The position numbers and the translations under genes were made by a program. 64,000 nucleotides of DNA from Ignavibacteriota bacterium (GTDB taxonomy: Bacteria; Bacteroidota; Ignavibacteria; UBA10030; UBA6906), in assembly GCA_963801355.1 (NCBI GenBank), contig CAWDEM010000008.1, positions 2,304,001 to 2,368,000 on the forward strand, written 5' to 3'. Position 1 is the first letter of the stretch, and every line of letters begins with the position of its first letter. This document shows positions 1 through 10,314 of this stretch, one piece after another. Below the pieces are notes generated by a model, which did no database searches, was not told where the DNA came from, and saw nothing but the letters and a program-made list of their open reading frames with translations.

Positions 1-702
1 CGCAGCGGCGCACTCGACGTCATCGTCATCGACTCCGTCGCAGCGTTGACGCCGCGCGCGGAAATCGAAGGAGAAATGGGGGACCCGAGCATGGGCGTCC
101 AGGCACGCCTCATGTCCCAGGCACTGCGCAAACTCACCTCGGCAATCAGCAAGTCCAAGACATCGGTGGTGTTCACAAACCAGCTGCGGATGAAGATCGG
201 TGTGATGTTCGGCAACCCCGAGACCACCACCGGGGGTAACGCCCTGAAATTCTACGCCTCCGTGCGTCTCGATGTCCGCAGGATCGAGGCTATCAAAGAC
301 GGCACGAGCATTATCGGGAACAGGACCCGGGTGAAAGTTGTCAAGAACAAAGTCGCCCCGCCCTTCCGCGAGGCACTGTTCGACATCCTGTACAACGAAG
401 GTATTTCAAAACTCGGTGATCTGATCGATGTGGCCGTCGAGCAGAACATCATCGCAAAGTCCGGTTCCTGGTTCTCCTACAAGGACGAACGCATCGGGCA
501 AGGGCGTGACATGGTCAAGAAATTCCTGCAGGACAACGACAAGATCCTCCTGGCCGTGGAACGCGAAGCTCGCACAAAACTCGGCCTCCCGGTGCCCGCC
601 GCCGCACACGGCGCCGCCGGGGGCGCCGAGACGAAGTCACCGAAGGCCGAGGCGCCGGAGACCAAGGTCCCGCCGAAGCCCGAGATACCAAAGAAAAAGT
701 GA
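1..702 (+). CDS. recA: Recombinase A (5'-truncated by window edge)
   Basis: Frame is open from base 1 ([28 protein letters not shown], Walker B), with the signature motifs [32 protein letters not shown] and KNKVAPPF. Confidence 0.99.
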   Translation, partial: RSGALDVIVIDSVAALTPRAEIEGEMGDPSMGVQARLMSQALRKLTSAISKSKTSVVFTNQLRMKIGVMFGNPETTTGGNALKFYASVRLDVRRIEAIKDGTSIIGNRTRVKVVKNKVAPPFREALFDILYNEGISKLGDLIDVAVEQNIIAKSGSWFSYKDERIGQGRDMVKKFLQDNDKILLAVEREARTKLGLPVPAAAHGAAGGAETKSPKAEAPETKVPPKPEIPKKK

Positions 703-720
703 TCGCTGCCCCATACCGCG

Positions 721-1383
721 GTGCGCATCACAAAAATCGAAAACCAGAAGAAAACTCCCGACCGCGTAAGCATATACGCGGACGGGGAGTTTTTGATCGG
801 CCTCAGCAAGGAGAATCTCCTTCGCGCAGGATTGCGCGTCGGCGACGAAATCTCCCGGGCAGCGGTCGACGATCTGACCTCCAGAGAGACTCTTCTTTCC
901 GCCAGGAATGCAGCACTGCGCCTGCTCGCCGTCCGTCCGAGGTCCGAGAAAGAAATTGTCGACCGTCTGCGCGAAAAGGAATTTGACGTGCAGACCATCT
1001 CGGCGACGGTCGGAAACCTCCGTGCATCCGGACTGCTCAACGACGCAGGTTTCGCACGTGCATTCATCCGTAATGCCCTCACCCTACGACCCCTCGGCGA
1101 GATGCAGCTCCGCAGAAAACTCCTCCTGCTCGGAGTTTCGAGGACAGTTGCCGATGAAGCTCTCCGGGAGACTCTGAGCGGGGTGGATGTTGTGGAAGTG
1201 GCACGACAGACCGCGATCGCGTACCGGCGGCGCCTGCTGCACACTCCGGGCCCCGAAGATCCACGTAAGACACGGAACAAGATCTCAGCGCATCTCGCCC
1301 GCCGCGGTTACTCGTGGACGACGATCAGCGCGGTCCTATCCTCTCTTCACCTCGCGCACGGAGAAAACCCTGATGATGAATAG
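721..1383 (+). CDS. recX: Regulatory protein RecX
   Basis: Lies directly after recA; motifs ALRLLAVRPRSEKEI, LLNDAGFA, G..LRRKL and LARRGYS. Confidence 0.95.
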   Translation: MRITKIENQKKTPDRVSIYADGEFLIGLSKENLLRAGLRVGDEISRAAVDDLTSRETLLSARNAALRLLAVRPRSEKEIVDRLREKEFDVQTISATVGNLRASGLLNDAGFARAFIRNALTLRPLGEMQLRRKLLLLGVSRTVADEALRETLSGVDVVEVARQTAIAYRRRLLHTPGPEDPRKTRNKISAHLARRGYSWTTISAVLSSLHLAHGENPDDE

Positions 1384-2044
1384 AGTCGTCTTCGATATCG
1401 AGACTATGGGCTTTCCCTTCGAATCCTTTGACGAGACCCAGCAGGAATATCTGCTGAAATTCGCCAAGAACGAGGAGGAGCGTCTGGAAGCCGTACAGCG
1501 ACTCAGCCTGACGCCGTTCACCGCACAGGTACTCGCCATCGGGATGCTGAACCCCGACACGAAGCAGGGCAAGGTATTTTACCAGGGAGAGGGACTGGAG
1601 CCGGAGCTCCTGGACGAGGGGCTGGTCCAGCTCATTCCCTGCACGGAACCGGAAATTCTCATGCACTTCTGGAAATCCATCATCCACTACAAGCAGTTCG
1701 TCACCTTTAACGGCCGCGGCTTCGATTGCCCGTTCATCATGGCACGCTCGGCGGTTCTCTCGGTGAAGCCGAGCCGGAATCTGATGGGCAACCGGTACGC
1801 GGTGAACGATCACTGTGACCTTCTCGATCAGCTGACGTTTTACGGAGCCATGCGCAAATTCAATCTCGATTTCTATTGCAGGGCGTTTGGCATCAGAAGT
1901 CCGAAGGCGGACGGCGTCACAGGCGCAGATGTCGGAAGGCTGTTCAGCGAACGGAAGTACCGCGAGATCGCCGGGTACTGCCTCGGCGACGTCAAAGCGA
2001 CCGCGGAATTGTACAAGAAGTGGGCGGACTACCTCAGCGTGTAA
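1373..2044 (+). CDS. Predicted 3'-5' exonuclease (DEDDy, PolB-exonuclease-like / RNase H fold)
   Basis: ExoI VVFDIET, ExoII FVTFNGRGFDCPF, ExoIII YCLGDV. ATG at 1373/1376 overlaps the recX stop, so the ORF-track start at 1187 is over-extended. Confidence 0.85.
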   Translation: MMNRVVFDIETMGFPFESFDETQQEYLLKFAKNEEERLEAVQRLSLTPFTAQVLAIGMLNPDTKQGKVFYQGEGLEPELLDEGLVQLIPCTEPEILMHFWKSIIHYKQFVTFNGRGFDCPFIMARSAVLSVKPSRNLMGNRYAVNDHCDLLDQLTFYGAMRKFNLDFYCRAFGIRSPKADGVTGADVGRLFSERKYREIAGYCLGDVKATAELYKKWADYLSV

Positions 2045-2617
2045 TCAGCCGAGCCTCGGCCAGCGTTTCGAAAGCTCGAAGTAGATCATGCTCGCCGCTC
2101 CCAGCTTCACGAGATCCCACCAGGAAAAAAGAAGAAACCCCGAAACGATCGCGTTACTCATGTCGCGCATCATGAATGCGTACAGATGGAGTGTGCCGGC
2201 AGCAAAGATCACGAGCAGCCCGGCGGCCATGGAGAGGGTGACCACCAGGAGAGAGCCGCGTTCGCGCAGCAGGTATCCGACGAGAGCGGCCGCGACGGGG
2301 AACGCCAGAAGATAGCCCCCGGTGGGTCCGGCAAGCCGCATGAACCCGATGGCCCCACCGGCAAAGACGGGCAGACCGGCAACCCCAGCAGCGAGATAGA
2401 GTACCTGGCTCAGCGCGCCGTTTCGAGAACCCAGAAAGGCCCCCGCGAGCAGAACCATCATTGTCTGCAGCGTAAACGGCACAGGATAGTAGGGAATCTC
2501 CAACCTGGCGGCCAGAGCCGTCGCAGCGGCAAACACCATAGTCCAGAGTGCCTGTGAAAACACCGAAGTTCCGGCGCCTGTAAGAATACGGGTCTGTGCG
2601 TTTGCGGTCGGTGGCAT
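2045..2617 (-). CDS. bioY: Biotin transporter BioY
   Basis: Motifs PVPFTLQT, GLPVFAGG and GPTGGYLLAF; hydrophobic protein; ATG at 2617 follows AAAGGA. Confidence 0.93.
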   Translation of the reverse strand: MPPTANAQTRILTGAGTSVFSQALWTMVFAAATALAARLEIPYYPVPFTLQTMMVLLAGAFLGSRNGALSQVLYLAAGVAGLPVFAGGAIGFMRLAGPTGGYLLAFPVAAALVGYLLRERGSLLVVTLSMAAGLLVIFAAGTLHLYAFMMRDMSNAIVSGFLLFSWWDLVKLGAASMIYFELSKRWPRLG

Positions 2618-2650
2618 AGGAGTTTCCTTTGAAGGTAGTGCGTAGCGTTC

Positions 2651-2679
2651 AACATAGCCAAAAACGGAAAAAAAGTCAA
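2651..2679 (-). promoter_or_regulatory. Putative sigma70 promoter for bioY
   Basis: Minus strand TTGACT-N17-TATGTT. Confidence 0.55.
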
Positions 2680-2706
2680 CAAAGCAAATCATGCCGAACA
2701 AGGAGC

Positions 2707-2735
2707 TTGCATAAATGGACCCGTTTAGCTATCTT
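2707..2735 (+). promoter_or_regulatory. Putative sigma70 promoter for the prs-rplY-pth operon
   Basis: TTGCAT-N17-TATCTT, 29 nt before the prs ATG. Confidence 0.6.
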
Positions 2736-2764
2736 TAGAGGCTAATTAGCCAGGATCCTTCCCG

Positions 2765-3703
2765 ATGCCTAGTCTGATGGTGTTCTCAGGCCGCTCCAAC
2801 CCGGCGCTGGCACGACAAATTGCAAAAGCGGTTGGCAAGCCACTCGGCAACATTGAGATCAAGACCTTCAGTGACGGGGAGTTGTGGGTCAAGTTTGGCG
2901 AGAACATCAGGGGATGCGACGTCTACATCGTGCAGTCGACGAATCCTCCTGCGGAAAACCTCATGGAGCTGCTGATCATGATGGATGCAGCCCGCCGGGC
3001 CTCCGCACGGAAGATCACGGCGGTCATCCCGTACTTCGGCTATGCCCGTCAGGACCGCAAAGATCAGCCGCGTGTTTCGATCACCGCAAAGCTGGTCGCG
3101 AACCTTCTGGCAAAGGCAGGAGCCGACCGCGTCATTACGATGGATCTGCACGCCCCGCAGGTTCAGGGATTCTTTGATATTCCGGTGGATCATCTTTACT
3201 CATCGGTGGTTCTCGGACGCTATTTCAAGAAACGCGGGCTGAAAAATCTCGTGGTTGCGTCTCCGGACGTGGGCGGGATCAAGATGGCACGGGCTTATGC
3301 GAAGCGGCTCGAGGCGGAGCTTGTCGTGATCGACAAGAGGCGTCCACGCCAGAATGTCGCCGAAGTCATGAACATCATCGGCGATGTGGAAGGAAAGACC
3401 ATCCTCATCGTGGATGATCTCATCGACACCGCAGGGACGCTGTGCAATGCCGTCGAAGCGTTGCTGGATGCGGGGGCCGTGAAAGTGTGTGCGGCATGCA
3501 CCCACGCCGTCCTTTCAGGCAAGGCGATCGAACGTATTGACGCCAGTCGCCTCACGCAGGTGGTGGTGACCGACACGCTGCCGCTGAAGGTGACGTCGCC
3601 GAAGATCACCGTGGCCTCGGTGTCGCATGTCTTCGCGGAAGCCATCAAGCGTTCGTACGGCCACCGGTCCATCAGTTCGTTATTCGATATTGACAAAGGT
3701 TAA
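2765..3703 (+). CDS. prs: Ribose-phosphate pyrophosphokinase
   Basis: Motifs FSDGE, PYFGYARQDRK, MDLHA and IVDDLIDTAGTL. Confidence 0.98.
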   Translation: MPSLMVFSGRSNPALARQIAKAVGKPLGNIEIKTFSDGELWVKFGENIRGCDVYIVQSTNPPAENLMELLIMMDAARRASARKITAVIPYFGYARQDRKDQPRVSITAKLVANLLAKAGADRVITMDLHAPQVQGFFDIPVDHLYSSVVLGRYFKKRGLKNLVVASPDVGGIKMARAYAKRLEAELVVIDKRRPRQNVAEVMNIIGDVEGKTILIVDDLIDTAGTLCNAVEALLDAGAVKVCAACTHAVLSGKAIERIDASRLTQVVVTDTLPLKVTSPKITVASVSHVFAEAIKRSYGHRSISSLFDIDKG

Positions 3704-3733
3704 TCGCATTAAGGGGTAAGGAGAACAGAGTCC

Positions 3734-4456
3734 ATGTCCGAAGTCGTGATAAACGCCGAAATCCGGAGCAATACCGGAAAACACGCCAAGCTCACCCGCA
3801 CGAATGGCATGGTGCCGGGTGTGTACTATTCCCGCGGCGAACAGAATATCAATGTGCAGATGGCGGTGCTGACGCTGAACCAGGTCGTGTTCACGTCGGA
3901 AGCCCACATCCTTGACCTGCGCTTCCCGGATGGCACTTCGCACAAGTGCATCCTCAAAGATGTGCAGTTCGATCCGGTGAGCGATCGGCCGGTCCATTTC
4001 GACCTGCTGGGGTTGAAGGAGAACGAAAAGTTGACGATTGAGGTCCCGGTGTCACTCGTGGGCGGCATCCCTCGAGGCGTGCGCGACGGCGGCATGCTCC
4101 AGCACTTCCTCCACAAGGTGCGGGTCAACTGTCTGCCCAAGGACATTCCGGAGAAGATCGAGATCAATGTGGCAGATCTGGGGATCAACTCCTTCGTTCA
4201 CGTGCGCGACCTCAAAGTGCCGAACGTGACGCTCAATGAGGCAGAAGACAATGCAATCGTCGGCGTCATGCCGCCGCACGTCGTGAAGGAAGAGGAAGTT
4301 GCTGCCCCGGTGACAGAAGAAGCGGCGGCGGAACCCGAAGTGGTCGGGAAGGGCAAGAAGCCCGAAGAGGGTGCCGAGGCTGCTGCACCCGCCGACAAGA
4401 AGGGCGAGAAGGCCGAGAAGAAGAGCGAGAAGCCCGACAAGAAGAGCGAGAAATAG
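3734..4456 (+). CDS. rplY: 50S ribosomal protein L25/Ctc (long form)
   Basis: Motifs VPGVYY, KDVQFDPV, HFDL and CLPKDIPEKIEINVADL; conserved prs-rplY-pth order. Confidence 0.95.
   Translation: MSEVVINAEIRSNTGKHAKLTRTNGMVPGVYYSRGEQNINVQMAVLTLNQVVFTSEAHILDLRFPDGTSHKCILKDVQFDPVSDRPVHFDLLGLKENEKLTIEVPVSLVGGIPRGVRDGGMLQHFLHKVRVNCLPKDIPEKIEINVADLGINSFVHVRDLKVPNVTLNEAEDNAIVGVMPPHVVKEEEVAAPVTEEAAAEPEVVGKGKKPEEGAEAAAPADKKGEKAEKKSEKPDKKSEK
4391..4453 (+). repeat. 21-bp tandem repeat x3 encoding the Lys/Glu tail of L25
   Basis: Units gccgacaagaagggcgagaag / gccgagaagaagagcgagaag / cccgacaagaagagcgagaaa. Confidence 0.8.
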
Positions 4457-4465
4457 CCTCAGACC

Positions 4466-5053
4466 GTGGCATCAACGCTTGTCGTCGGATTGGGGAATCC
4501 CGGAGCGGAGTACGCGCCTACCAGGCACAACGCGGGCTTCATGGTTGTGGATGAGTTGTGCCGGCGCCTCGGTGTCCGGCTGAGACCGGGCAAAGGTGAC
4601 TTCTGGTACGCTGCCGCCGGAGAAGAAGACGGTGCCATTTTCCTCGTGGAACCCGTCACATATATGAACGGGAGCGGCACGGCGGTACTTGAGGCCGTTC
4701 AGCAGTTTGCGCTCCCGCTGTCGGATGTGGTCGTGGTCGTCGACGATTTTGCTCTGCCGCTGGGCACGTTGCGTATACGCCCGGGTGGCAGCGATGGCGG
4801 CCACAACGGTCTGGCATCGATCATATACAATCTCCAGTCGGACCAGTTTGCCCGGGTGCGGTGCGGTATCCGGAAAGAAAGTATGCCGCCGAAAGAACTT
4901 GCGGCGGATTTTGTGCTCTCGCCTTTCGATCCGGATGAGATGGCCGCTGTGACGTCCATGATCGGGCGCGCGGCGGACGCTGTAGAGGAAATTCACCGCT
5001 CCGGCCTGGAGCACGCGATGGGACTCTTCAACGGAATCCCGTCGGCTCCGTAG
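4466..5053 (+). CDS. pth: Peptidyl-tRNA hydrolase
   Basis: Motifs VGLGNPG, TRHNAGF, TYMNGSG and GGHNGLAS; GTG start. Confidence 0.97.
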   Translation: MASTLVVGLGNPGAEYAPTRHNAGFMVVDELCRRLGVRLRPGKGDFWYAAAGEEDGAIFLVEPVTYMNGSGTAVLEAVQQFALPLSDVVVVVDDFALPLGTLRIRPGGSDGGHNGLASIIYNLQSDQFARVRCGIRKESMPPKELAADFVLSPFDPDEMAAVTSMIGRAADAVEEIHRSGLEHAMGLFNGIPSAP

Positions 5054-5108
5054 CAGGGCGGACCACCAGCAGTGTTCTTTTTCATACTACCCCTCTACTC
5101 TTCTGTTC

Positions 5109-5163
5109 GCCTCCCGGCGATTACGGAAGGGTCACGGGAATTATCCATAGTCCACAGGGAGGT
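5109..5163 (+). promoter_or_regulatory. Candidate rpsF leader (S6:S18 autoregulatory-type) sequestering the Shine-Dalgarno
   Basis: GCCTCCC (5109-5115) can pair with the SD-containing GGGAGGT (5157-5163) just before the rpsF ATG. Confidence 0.45.
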
Positions 5164-5169
5164 ATATTC

Positions 5170-5586
5170 ATGTCCAATGCATCGCGGCAGTACGAAACCA
5201 CGTTCATCGTCAACGCATCACTGGATGACGTCCAGGTTGATGGCGTCATCGGCAGGGTGCAGGAGACGATCACCAAGAACGGCGGGACGATTACATCCGT
5301 CAATAAATGGGGGCGGAAGCGCCTTGCCTACTCCATCAACAAGCGCACCAACGGCTTCTACGTGAACGTCGAGTTTGAAGCCCCTGGAACGTTACTCACG
5401 CCGCTCGAGCGCTCGTTCCAGCTTGACGAGATGATCCTCCGGCATTTGACGGTGGTGCTCGACAAGAAGGCCATCGCCGCCCGCGCCGCAGCGCAAGCAG
5501 CCACCGTACCTTCGACCGAAGAAAAGCCGTCAGCGCCCGCGCGCGAGCCGCTATTCACGGAACCGGGCGACGGAAAGAATTCCTAA
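5170..5586 (+). CDS. rpsF: 30S ribosomal protein S6
   Basis: Motifs YETTFIV, WGRKRLAYSI and ILRHL. Confidence 0.97.
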   Translation: MSNASRQYETTFIVNASLDDVQVDGVIGRVQETITKNGGTITSVNKWGRKRLAYSINKRTNGFYVNVEFEAPGTLLTPLERSFQLDEMILRHLTVVLDKKAIAARAAAQAATVPSTEEKPSAPAREPLFTEPGDGKNS

Positions 5587-5616
5587 CGCATTGACGAACC
5601 AGTAAGGAGAATACCA

Positions 5617-5880
5617 GTGTATACGACTCGACGCCCCCGCCGCGACCGGGACAACCAGACGCCGCGCAAGAAGCGGACCTGCAGATTTTGCGATGCAAAA
5701 GAACTGTATATCGACTACAAAGACGAGAAGAAACTCCAGCGCTTCATCGCCGAACAGGGGAAAATCATTCCCAAACGCATCACCGGCACCTGCGCCAAAC
5801 ACCAGCGGCAGCTTGTCCGTGCGGTCAAACGCGCACGCCATCTTGCGCTGTTGCCATTTGTTTCCGACGCCATTCGCTGA
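5617..5880 (+). CDS. rpsR: 30S ribosomal protein S18 (zinc-binding C+ type)
   Basis: Motifs CRFC, IDYKD and [17 protein letters not shown]; GTG start after AGGAG. Confidence 0.97.
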   Translation: MYTTRRPRRDRDNQTPRKKRTCRFCDAKELYIDYKDEKKLQRFIAEQGKIIPKRITGTCAKHQRQLVRAVKRARHLALLPFVSDAIR

Positions 5881-5905
5881 TCCTGAACCCGTATGAGGCA
5901 TTGCC

Positions 5906-6349
5906 ATGAAAATCATTCTTCGTAAAGATCACGACAAACTCGGACAGGTCGGCGCGCTCGTCGATGTGAAAGACGGCTACGCACGCAACTACCTGATTCC
6001 GCGCGGTATTGCGTACCCGGCCTCGGCCGGCAGCACCAGGGCGCTCGAAGAGGAGAAGAAACAAGCCTCCCGCCGCGCCGACAAGCAGCAGAAGTCCAGC
6101 GAGCACCTCGCTGCTGAACTCGACAAGATCTCCCTCACGATCAAAGCACGGGTCGGCGAAGACGAGAAGCTCTTCGGCGCGGTGACAGCACAGATGATCG
6201 CCGATGCCCTGAAAGAACAGGGCTTTGAGATCGACAAACGCATCATCGAACTCGACGAGCCCATCAAAGCGCTCGGGATTTATCCGGTGAACGTTAAGCT
6301 ACACCAGGATGTTATAGGGAAAGTGAAGGTCTGGGTGGTGCGCGAATAA
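5906..6349 (+). CDS. rplI: 50S ribosomal protein L9
   Basis: Motifs MKIIL, VKDGYARNYLIP, KLFGAVT and PIKALG. Confidence 0.98.
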   Translation: MKIILRKDHDKLGQVGALVDVKDGYARNYLIPRGIAYPASAGSTRALEEEKKQASRRADKQQKSSEHLAAELDKISLTIKARVGEDEKLFGAVTAQMIADALKEQGFEIDKRIIELDEPIKALGIYPVNVKLHQDVIGKVKVWVVRE

Positions 6350-6429
6350 GCGCACCCTCTATTTCCTCCCCGGCGGCCACAGGGCGTGGATCACGGGCTC
6401 CCTCACTACATTGACTAACACATACCGGC

Positions 6430-8274
6430 ATGGCCAAACCTCTCGAAACACTCGAAGAAGTGACGATTCGTTTTGCCGGAGATTCCGGCGACGGAATGCA
6501 GCTCACGGGAACGCAGTTCACCAATACCGTGGCCGCTCTCGGTGCTGACCTCAGCACCCTTCCCGACTATCCTGCAGAAATCCGCGCTCCCGCAGGCACC
6601 ACTTACGGTGTCAGCGGGTTCCAAATCAAGTTCGGGAGCACGGACATTCTGACTCCCGGGGACACCTGCGACGTGCTCGTCGCCATGAACCCCGCCGCAC
6701 TGGTCACGAACACCAAGATGCTTCGCACCGGCGGCACGATCATTGTCAATGAGGACGCCTTCACGGAGAAGAACCTGAGGCTCGCCAACCTTGCGACGAA
6801 CCCCCTTGAAGACGGCACATTGGCCAAGTTCGAGGTGCACCGCGTCGCCATCAGCAAACTCACCGCATCGGCGCTGGAGGATATGAATTTGTCCACCAAG
6901 GCCGTGGACAAAACCAAGAACTTCTTCGCCCTCGGGCTGATGTACTGGATGTACAACCGCCCCATCGACCAGTCGGTGAAATTCATCCGGGAGAAATTCA
7001 GCGCCAAGGATCCCGAGGTGGCCGAAGCGAACTTGCGGGTGCTGAAGGCCGGCTACAACTTCGGAGACACCACGGAGTTTTTCACCACACGCTATGACGT
7101 CCGCCCGGCACAACTCCCCCCGGGAAGGTACCGCAATATCATGGGCAACGTCGCTACGGCCCTCGGCCTCGTGGCTGCGGCCAAGAAAGCCGGCCTCAAC
7201 CTGTTTCTCGGCAGCTATCCCATTACGCCGGCAAGCGACATCCTCCACGAGCTCTCGCGCCTGAAGGAATTCGACGTGAAGACGTTCCAGGCAGAAGATG
7301 AAATTGCGGCCGTCTGCTCTGCGATCGGCGCATCGTACGCGGGGGCCCTCGCAGCGACAACGACCAGCGGCCCGGGTGTCGCACTCAAAACCGAAGGCCT
7401 GGGACTTGCCGTGATGCTCGAACTTCCGCTCATCCTCATCAACGTCCAGCGCGGCGGTCCAAGCACCGGCCTCCCCACAAAGACGGAACAATCAGATCTC
7501 CTGCAGGCCGTCCTCGGCCGCAACGGTGAAGCACCCCTATGCGTGATCGCGGCATCAACACCGGCCGATTGTTTCCGCGCGGCCTATGAAGCTGCCCGGA
7601 TAGCGGTGAAATTCATGACGCCCGTCATGTGCCTCACGGATGGGTACCTCGGCAACGGCGCAGAACCCTGGCGCGTCCCCAGGGTTGAAGATCTTCCGGC
7701 GATTCCCGTGCACTTTGCCACCGACCCGAACGGGTTCCATCCCTACTCCCGCAACCCGGAAACCCTGGCACGTCCATGGGCGATTCCCGGCACGCCGGGG
7801 CTCGAGCACCGTATCGGCGGACTCGAGAAGGACGAGCTGACCGGCAACATCAGCTATGACCCCGACAATCATGATGCCATGGTGAAGATACGCGCGGAAA
7901 AGATCGAGCGCATCGCCAAAGACATCCCCCCGCAAACGGTCGAAGGGGACGCACACGGCGATCTCCTCGTCATCGGATGGGGAAGCACCTATGGCTCAAT
8001 CAAAACAGCTGTCGCGGCCGCGCGGGAACGGGGTCTCTCGGTGTCGCATGCGCATATTGCCTATCTCAACCCGTTCCCCGGTAACCTCGGCGATATTCTT
8101 CGCAACTTCACACGGTTCCTTGTGCCGGAAATCAACAACGGACAATTGATCCGCCTGTTGCGGGCGAAGTATCTCATTCCCGCGGTCGGATTCAACGCCA
8201 TCAAGGGGCTCCCGCTCCGTGCCGAAGAGATCGAAAACGCGATCAATGACATCCTTGGAGGATCCAATGGCTGA
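6430..8274 (+). CDS. korA: 2-oxoacid:ferredoxin oxidoreductase alpha subunit (fused gamma-alpha)
   Basis: Motifs [29 protein letters not shown] and [11 protein letters not shown]. Confidence 0.95.
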   Translation: MAKPLETLEEVTIRFAGDSGDGMQLTGTQFTNTVAALGADLSTLPDYPAEIRAPAGTTYGVSGFQIKFGSTDILTPGDTCDVLVAMNPAALVTNTKMLRTGGTIIVNEDAFTEKNLRLANLATNPLEDGTLAKFEVHRVAISKLTASALEDMNLSTKAVDKTKNFFALGLMYWMYNRPIDQSVKFIREKFSAKDPEVAEANLRVLKAGYNFGDTTEFFTTRYDVRPAQLPPGRYRNIMGNVATALGLVAAAKKAGLNLFLGSYPITPASDILHELSRLKEFDVKTFQAEDEIAAVCSAIGASYAGALAATTTSGPGVALKTEGLGLAVMLELPLILINVQRGGPSTGLPTKTEQSDLLQAVLGRNGEAPLCVIAASTPADCFRAAYEAARIAVKFMTPVMCLTDGYLGNGAEPWRVPRVEDLPAIPVHFATDPNGFHPYSRNPETLARPWAIPGTPGLEHRIGGLEKDELTGNISYDPDNHDAMVKIRAEKIERIAKDIPPQTVEGDAHGDLLVIGWGSTYGSIKTAVAAARERGLSVSHAHIAYLNPFPGNLGDILRNFTRFLVPEINNGQLIRLLRAKYLIPAVGFNAIKGLPLRAEEIENAINDILGGSNG

Positions 8275-9286
8275 GACCGCCCCCGCAAAACTCACGATTA
8301 AAGATTTCCAATCGGACCAGGATGTCCGGTGGTGCCCCGGTTGCGGCGACTATTCCATCCTCGCGCAGATTCAGAGGGTGTTTCCAGAATTTGCCCACCG
8401 GAAAGAAAACTACGTTGCGATCTCGGGCATCGGATGTTCCAGCCGTTTCCCCTATTATATGGACGTGTACGGGCTGCACGGAATTCACGGACGAGCACCC
8501 GCAATCGCTACCGGCGTCAAGTTGGCCAATCCAAAACTCGATGTCTGGGTGGCAACCGGAGACGGCGATGGGCTGAGTATCGGCGGCAACCACATGATTC
8601 ACATGCTCCGCCGGAACATCGATCTCAAAGTCCTCCTTTTCAACAACGAAATCTACGGATTGACAAAAGGGCAGTTCTCCCCCACCTCCCAGCTCGGGCA
8701 GATCACCAAGTCCACTCCGGCAGGCGTCATTGACCAGCCGTTCATCCCCGTTTCCCTCGCGCTGGGCGCAGGTGCATCCTTTGTCGCCCGGACCATGGAT
8801 CGTGATCCCAAGCATTTGCAGGAAATCATACGCCGTGTGGAGAGACACCACGGGTCGGCGTTCGTGGAAATTTACCAGAACTGCGTGGTGTTCAACGACG
8901 GCGCATTCTTTCAGTACACCGAGAAAGAGTCCCGCGACAACAATGTGGTCTACCTCGAACACGGAAAACCGCTCGTGTTCGGCAAGAACCGGGAAAAAGG
9001 CGTGCACCTCAACGGTTTCACGCCGGAAGTCGTCGATATGAGCGATGGAAAACACTCTGTTGCCGATCTCCTCGTCCATAACGAACACGATTCGACTCTG
9101 GCGTTCATTCTCGCAAACATGATTCATGATCCCGGATTGCCGCGCCCCATGGGCGTCTTTCTTGCACAGGAGCGCACGACGTACGAAGATGCAGTGCAGC
9201 AACAGATCGCCAGGGCAAAGGCCAAAAAGGGAGAGGGTAATCTGCAGAAGCTTCTTGACGGTGACGAAACCTGGGAGATCGCCTGA
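8267..9286 (+). CDS. korB: 2-oxoacid:ferredoxin oxidoreductase beta subunit
   Basis: Motifs [18 protein letters not shown] motif GDGD..SIGGNH and YGLTKGQ; ATG at 8267 after GGAGG overlaps the korA end. Confidence 0.95.
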   Translation: MAETAPAKLTIKDFQSDQDVRWCPGCGDYSILAQIQRVFPEFAHRKENYVAISGIGCSSRFPYYMDVYGLHGIHGRAPAIATGVKLANPKLDVWVATGDGDGLSIGGNHMIHMLRRNIDLKVLLFNNEIYGLTKGQFSPTSQLGQITKSTPAGVIDQPFIPVSLALGAGASFVARTMDRDPKHLQEIIRRVERHHGSAFVEIYQNCVVFNDGAFFQYTEKESRDNNVVYLEHGKPLVFGKNREKGVHLNGFTPEVVDMSDGKHSVADLLVHNEHDSTLAFILANMIHDPGLPRPMGVFLAQERTTYEDAVQQQIARAKAKKGEGNLQKLLDGDETWEIA

Positions 9287-9306
9287 CCGCCCCGGTACAC
9301 TGACCG

Positions 9307-10308
9307 ATGGTACGACGAATCCAGATGAAGACACTCCTCCAGTTCTTTCAGCACCATCTCCGGTTCGTCCTGACCACCCATGTGAATCCGGACGGCGATG
9401 CCATTGGGTGTGAAATGGCGCTCGGCCTCTGGTTACGGTCCCAGGGCAAGACGGTGCACATCATCAATCACGATGCAACGCCCTTCGTCTACCGTTTTCT
9501 CGATCCCGACGGCATCATCCGGGTGTTCGATCCCGCAGCCGACGCGGAAACACTTCGTGATGCCGATGCCATCATTCTCCTCGACACAAACCACGTGAGC
9601 CGTGTACAGTCGATGGAATCCTTCGTCCGGAACAGCCCGGCGGCGAAAATCTGCATCGATCACCACCTGGACCCGGAACCGTTCGCCGATCTCTCGCTCA
9701 TCAACCCCGATGCGACGTCAACCGGGGAGATTCTCTACCATCTGTTCCGTGCGACATCTTCCTACACCATTCCCCCGCACATCGCACAGGCATTGTACGT
9801 CGCCATCCTCACCGACACGGGATCGTTTCGCTATCCCCGTGTCAACGCGGAAACCCATCGCATGGTCGCCCGGCTCATCGAATGCGGCGCCGATCCCGTG
9901 GATCTCTACAACCAGGTGTACAACCGGTGGTCACCGGGACGGCTACGGCTTCTCGGAGAAACGCTCAGCCGTGTCGAAATCGCGTACGGCGGACGGCTGG
10001 TCCACGTCAGCATCACACAGGAAATGCTCCGACGAACCGGTACTCTCGAGGAGGACACCGACAATTTCACTTCATATCTCATGAGCATGGATGGTGTTGT
10101 CGCAGGGATCCTTTTCCTTGAACTGGAACGGGGGTTCAAGATCAGCTTCCGTTCGCACGGCGATGTCGCCATCAACACACTGGCACAGGAGTTCGGCGGC
10201 AACGGGCACATGAATGCAGCCGGAGCGAGGTTCGCTGATGGATCGCTTGCGGACGTCCGCACCGCTGTCGTGGCAGCCGCAGGGAAATATGTAACCCAAA
10301 GGAGTTAG
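9307..10308 (+). CDS. nrnA: DHH/DHHA1 phosphoesterase (NrnA oligoribonuclease/pAp phosphatase family)
   Basis: Motifs THVNPDGDAIG, IDHH, DTGSF and GGNGHMNAAG. An alternative start exists at 9325. Confidence 0.9.
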   Translation: MVRRIQMKTLLQFFQHHLRFVLTTHVNPDGDAIGCEMALGLWLRSQGKTVHIINHDATPFVYRFLDPDGIIRVFDPAADAETLRDADAIILLDTNHVSRVQSMESFVRNSPAAKICIDHHLDPEPFADLSLINPDATSTGEILYHLFRATSSYTIPPHIAQALYVAILTDTGSFRYPRVNAETHRMVARLIECGADPVDLYNQVYNRWSPGRLRLLGETLSRVEIAYGGRLVHVSITQEMLRRTGTLEEDTDNFTSYLMSMDGVVAGILFLELERGFKISFRSHGDVAINTLAQEFGGNGHMNAAGARFADGSLADVRTAVVAAAGKYVTQRS

Positions 10309-10314
10309 CCAAAC

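Noticed and set aside
2618-2764. Possible tRNA upstream of prs (a common location)
   Set aside because: No cloverleaf, T-loop GTTCRA with matching stems, or CCA end. The gap is explained by two divergent promoters.
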